From assembly GCF_009834535.1 (NCBI RefSeq), contig NC_045707.1, positions 60,328,001 through 60,392,000 of the forward strand: 64,000 bases of DNA. The letters are read 5' to 3'. Shown one piece after another: positions 61,294-64,000 of the stretch. How positions within the stretch are numbered: position 1 is the stretch's first letter; the number at the start of each line of letters is the position of its first letter. Source of the stretch: Camelus ferus (Eukaryota). The position numbers and the translations under genes were made by a program. The notes below the pieces were generated by a model, which saw only the letters and a program-made list of their open reading frames with translations, made no database searches and had not been told where the DNA came from.

Positions 61294-61490
61294 CTGGAGT
61301 TGGCAAACTATAAGCCCTAGTAAATATGGTTTGTTGCCTGCTTTTTTGTAAATAAAGTTTTATTGGAACATCGACATGATCACTTGTTTATGTGTTGTTT
61401 GTGGCTGCTTGCACACTACAACAGCAGAGTGACCAGCAAAACCAAGATGTTTATTATCTGGAACTTTACAGAAAAAGTTTGCTGACTTCT
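61294..61490. mobile_element. MER58A-like hAT-Charlie MITE
   Basis: ggagttggcaaact...tttgtaaataaagttttattggaaca...tttacagaaaaagtttgctgact. Confidence 0.85.
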
Positions 61491-61603
61491 ACTGTAGACA
61501 AAAGACTTCAAGTGAGTCAATTTGTATCTGTGAGGCTGGGGATGGGATGGAAGAGATGATTTCCACATAGTTTCCAGGCAGTTTATACTTAGGATTTCCC
61601 CTC

Positions 61604-62014
61604 TGTAGGGGGTTGAATAGTCTCCCCCAAAACTCATGTCTATCCAGAACCCGTGTGACCTTATTTGGAAGTGGAGTCTTGGCAGATCTGATCAAGTTGA
61701 TGTCATACTGGATTAGGGTGGGTTCTAAATTCAATGACTGGTAACCTTATAAGGAGAGGGAGGTTTGGAGACACACATAAAAGGCTACATGCTCACAGAG
61801 GCGTAGATGGGAGGATGCTGCTATGGCCAAGGGATGCCAAGGATTGCCACAGGCACTAGCAGCCAGGAAGAGGCAAGGAAAGAGTCTCTCCTAGAATCGT
61901 CAGAGGGAGAATGGCCCTGCTAACATCTTGACTTCAGGTTTTTGGCCTCTGGAAATGTGAGAGAAGCCACCTCACCTGACAGCAATTTGTTATAGCAGCC
62001 TTAGGAAATGAATA
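61604..62014 (+). mobile_element. ERVL-MaLR LTR (MLT1B/C-like)
   Basis: tgtaggggttgaatagtctccccc...gtgaccttatttggaa...tcatactggattagggtggg...ttgttatagcagccttaggaaatgaata. Confidence 0.85.
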
Positions 62015-62214
62015 TACCCTCTATTCAGATTTAGCTGTAAATTCCTTTGACTACTTTTCTCTTTACCATGAAAGAATAACCAAGCAGCTAAGGCAACTGC
62101 AGGTCACTGATGCACCGAAAATTTTAAATATATGTAAAGATGACAAAATATTTTTTCAACCATGTAAGCTAGGACTGGGTTGGAGTAGAGATAAGAAAGG
62201 AAGTGGGGAAGGAA

Positions 62215-62945
62215 TATTTGCACACGAGGAGACCAACAAGGGCTTAATTTTCAAAATATACAAACAGCTCATAAAGTTCAACATCAAAAAAACAAAAACC
62301 CAATAAAAAAATGGGCAGAAGACGTAAAGAGACTCTCCATGAAGAAGATACACAAATAGCCAACAGGCACGTGAAAAGATGCTCAATATCATTAATTATT
62401 AGAGAAATGCAAATCAAAACTAGAAAGAGGTATCACCTAACATTGGCCAGAATGACTATCATCAAAAAGCCTACAACTAGTAAATGCTGGAGAGGGTGTG
62501 GAGAAAAGGGAACCCTCCTATACTGCTGGTGGGAATGTAGATTGGTGCAGCCACTATGGACAAGCAGCATGGAAGTTTCTTAAAAAACTAAAAATATAGT
62601 TACTATATGATCTAGCAATTTCACTCCTGGGCATAAATCTGGAAAAGACTAAAACTTTAATTCAAAAAGACACATGCACCCCAATGTTCATAGCAGCACT
62701 ATTTATAACAGCCAAGACATGGAAGCAGCCAGAGTGAATATTGACATATGAATGGTTTAAGATGTGCTATACACACACGTGCACATACACACACATATTT
62801 ACACACATACACACATACATATATATATACACACATACAAACGCACACACACACACGCACACACACATATATAGACACACACACAATGGAATATTACTCA
62901 GCCGTAAAAAAGACCGAAATAATGCTATTTGCAGCAACATGGATG
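62215..62945 (+). mobile_element. L1 ORF2 C-terminal fragment interrupted by a CA/TA microsatellite
   Basis: ORF 62311-62583 with [14 protein letters not shown]...[28 protein letters not shown]...FAATWM follows the repeat. Confidence 0.92.
62768..62885. repeat. Compound (CA)n/(TA)n microsatellite
   Basis: Read directly. Confidence 0.95.
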
Positions 62946-63189
62946 AAAGTTTTTCACTTTCAGCATTCAATAAATCATGTGAGATATTCAGCACTTTATT
63001 GTAAAATAGGCTTGTTGTTAGATTTTGCCCAACTGCAGGCTAACGTCAATATTCTGAACACATTTAAGGTAGGCTAGGCTATGATGGTTGGTAGGTTAGG
63101 TATATTAAAAGCATTTTTAACTTATAGTATTTCCAACCTACAATGGGTTTATCTGGATGTAACCCCATTGTAAGTCAAGAAAAATCTGT
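62946..63189 (-). mobile_element. MER47/Tigger5-like DNA transposon fragment
   Basis: catttaaggtaggctaggct...tgggtttatctggatgtaaccccattgtaagtcaag...tctgta. Confidence 0.75.
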
Positions 63190-63466
63190 AGCTACCTGCC
63201 CAAACCCATAAAACATATGTCAGGAATGAACCATAAAATAAACTATGGGCTTTGGGTGATAATGACTTCAATGTAGGTTAATAAATTATCATAAACGTAT
63301 CACTCTGTTGAGGGATGTTTATAATGGGGAGGCTATGCATGTGTGGGGACAGATGGCATATGACAAATCTTTATACCTTCCACCCAATTTTGCTGTGAAT
63401 GTAAAACTGCTGTAAAAAATGAAATCTACTTTTTTAAACTAATAATGATAATAATGATGATGACAT

Positions 63467-63764
63467 AGGTTCAAAATCCCTTATCCATAATTACAAAATC
63501 AAAAGATCTCTAAAAACCAGAGGCTTAAAAATAATTTTTCAGTGGCACAACCTGATTTGAATTAACATAAGACTGTTTATTACATACTTTGTGTGAGTAT
63601 TCATGCATTTCACTACAGAAATACTAATGTATTTGATTCGGGGGTGCTAGAGATGTTGTGCAAGATTCAGTATATCCACCTTACTTCTATTTTAAAATCT
63701 AAAACATTCTGAATTCCAAAATACATCTGATACCATGGGTTTCAGAGAAGGAACTATTGGCCTG
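63467..63764 (-). mobile_element. MER46C-like Tigger MITE (preceded by an L1MC-like 3' end at ~63195-63440)
   Basis: aggttcaaaatcccttatcc ... gagaaggaactattggcctgta form imperfect TIRs; internal ttctgaattccaaaatacatctg. Confidence 0.65.
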
Positions 63765-64000
63765 TAACATAATCGGTATTTACTGAGGACTTAAAATATT
63801 CTCGGAGCTATTCTAAGCACTTTATATTTGTTAAATCATTTCATCTAATTAGTGTAATTGTGGTGTTTCCAAAACTAGGGCATGTCCAAAAGGACATGCA
63901 ATCCAAGAGTGCTTGAACAAAGAAAAGAAAAGGTTTTGTATACCCCAGGTTTTGGAGAACTTTAATCACTCTCTCCATGTCACCTGGCAGGACTGAAGTC

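Noticed and set aside
62699..63077. His/Thr- and Cys/Val-rich ORFs
   Set aside because: Translations of the CA/TA microsatellite.
42700..64000. A second protein-coding gene or novel system downstream of E2F7
   Set aside because: No CpG island, no consistent exon chain, no recognisable non-transposon protein; mostly repeat fossils. A lncRNA cannot be excluded from sequence alone.

Overview
Mammalian genomic DNA, most likely a camelid (six copies of a tRNA-Ala-derived SINE matching the camelid Vic-1 type). The window holds one complete protein-coding gene on the + strand, E2F7 (atypical E2F repressor with two DNA-binding domains). It has a CpG-island promoter at ~7.5-8.7 kb, a non-coding exon 1, 12 coding exons (9064-39807; 2730 nt, 909 aa, all introns GT-AG and phase-compatible) and a ~2.8 kb 3'UTR ending near AATAAA at 42632. 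The rest is intronic or intergenic and rich in transposon fossils: a relatively young but disabled LINE-1 3' half at 1-2251, other L1 3' ends, Vic-1-type SINEs with target-site duplications, MaLR/ERVL LTRs, Tigger/Charlie DNA transposons, MIR and L2. I found no evidence for a wholly new biological system, and no CRISPR array or functional RNA gene. Best leads: a 180-bp intron-10 duplication with strongly GC-biased divergence, a lost stop codon in the exon-12-skipped (E2F7a-type) frame, an upstream p53-like response element, and a CpG-decayed promoter-like relic at ~3.0-3.6 kb. Repeat family names come from recalled consensus sequences, and boundaries of old repeats are approximate.
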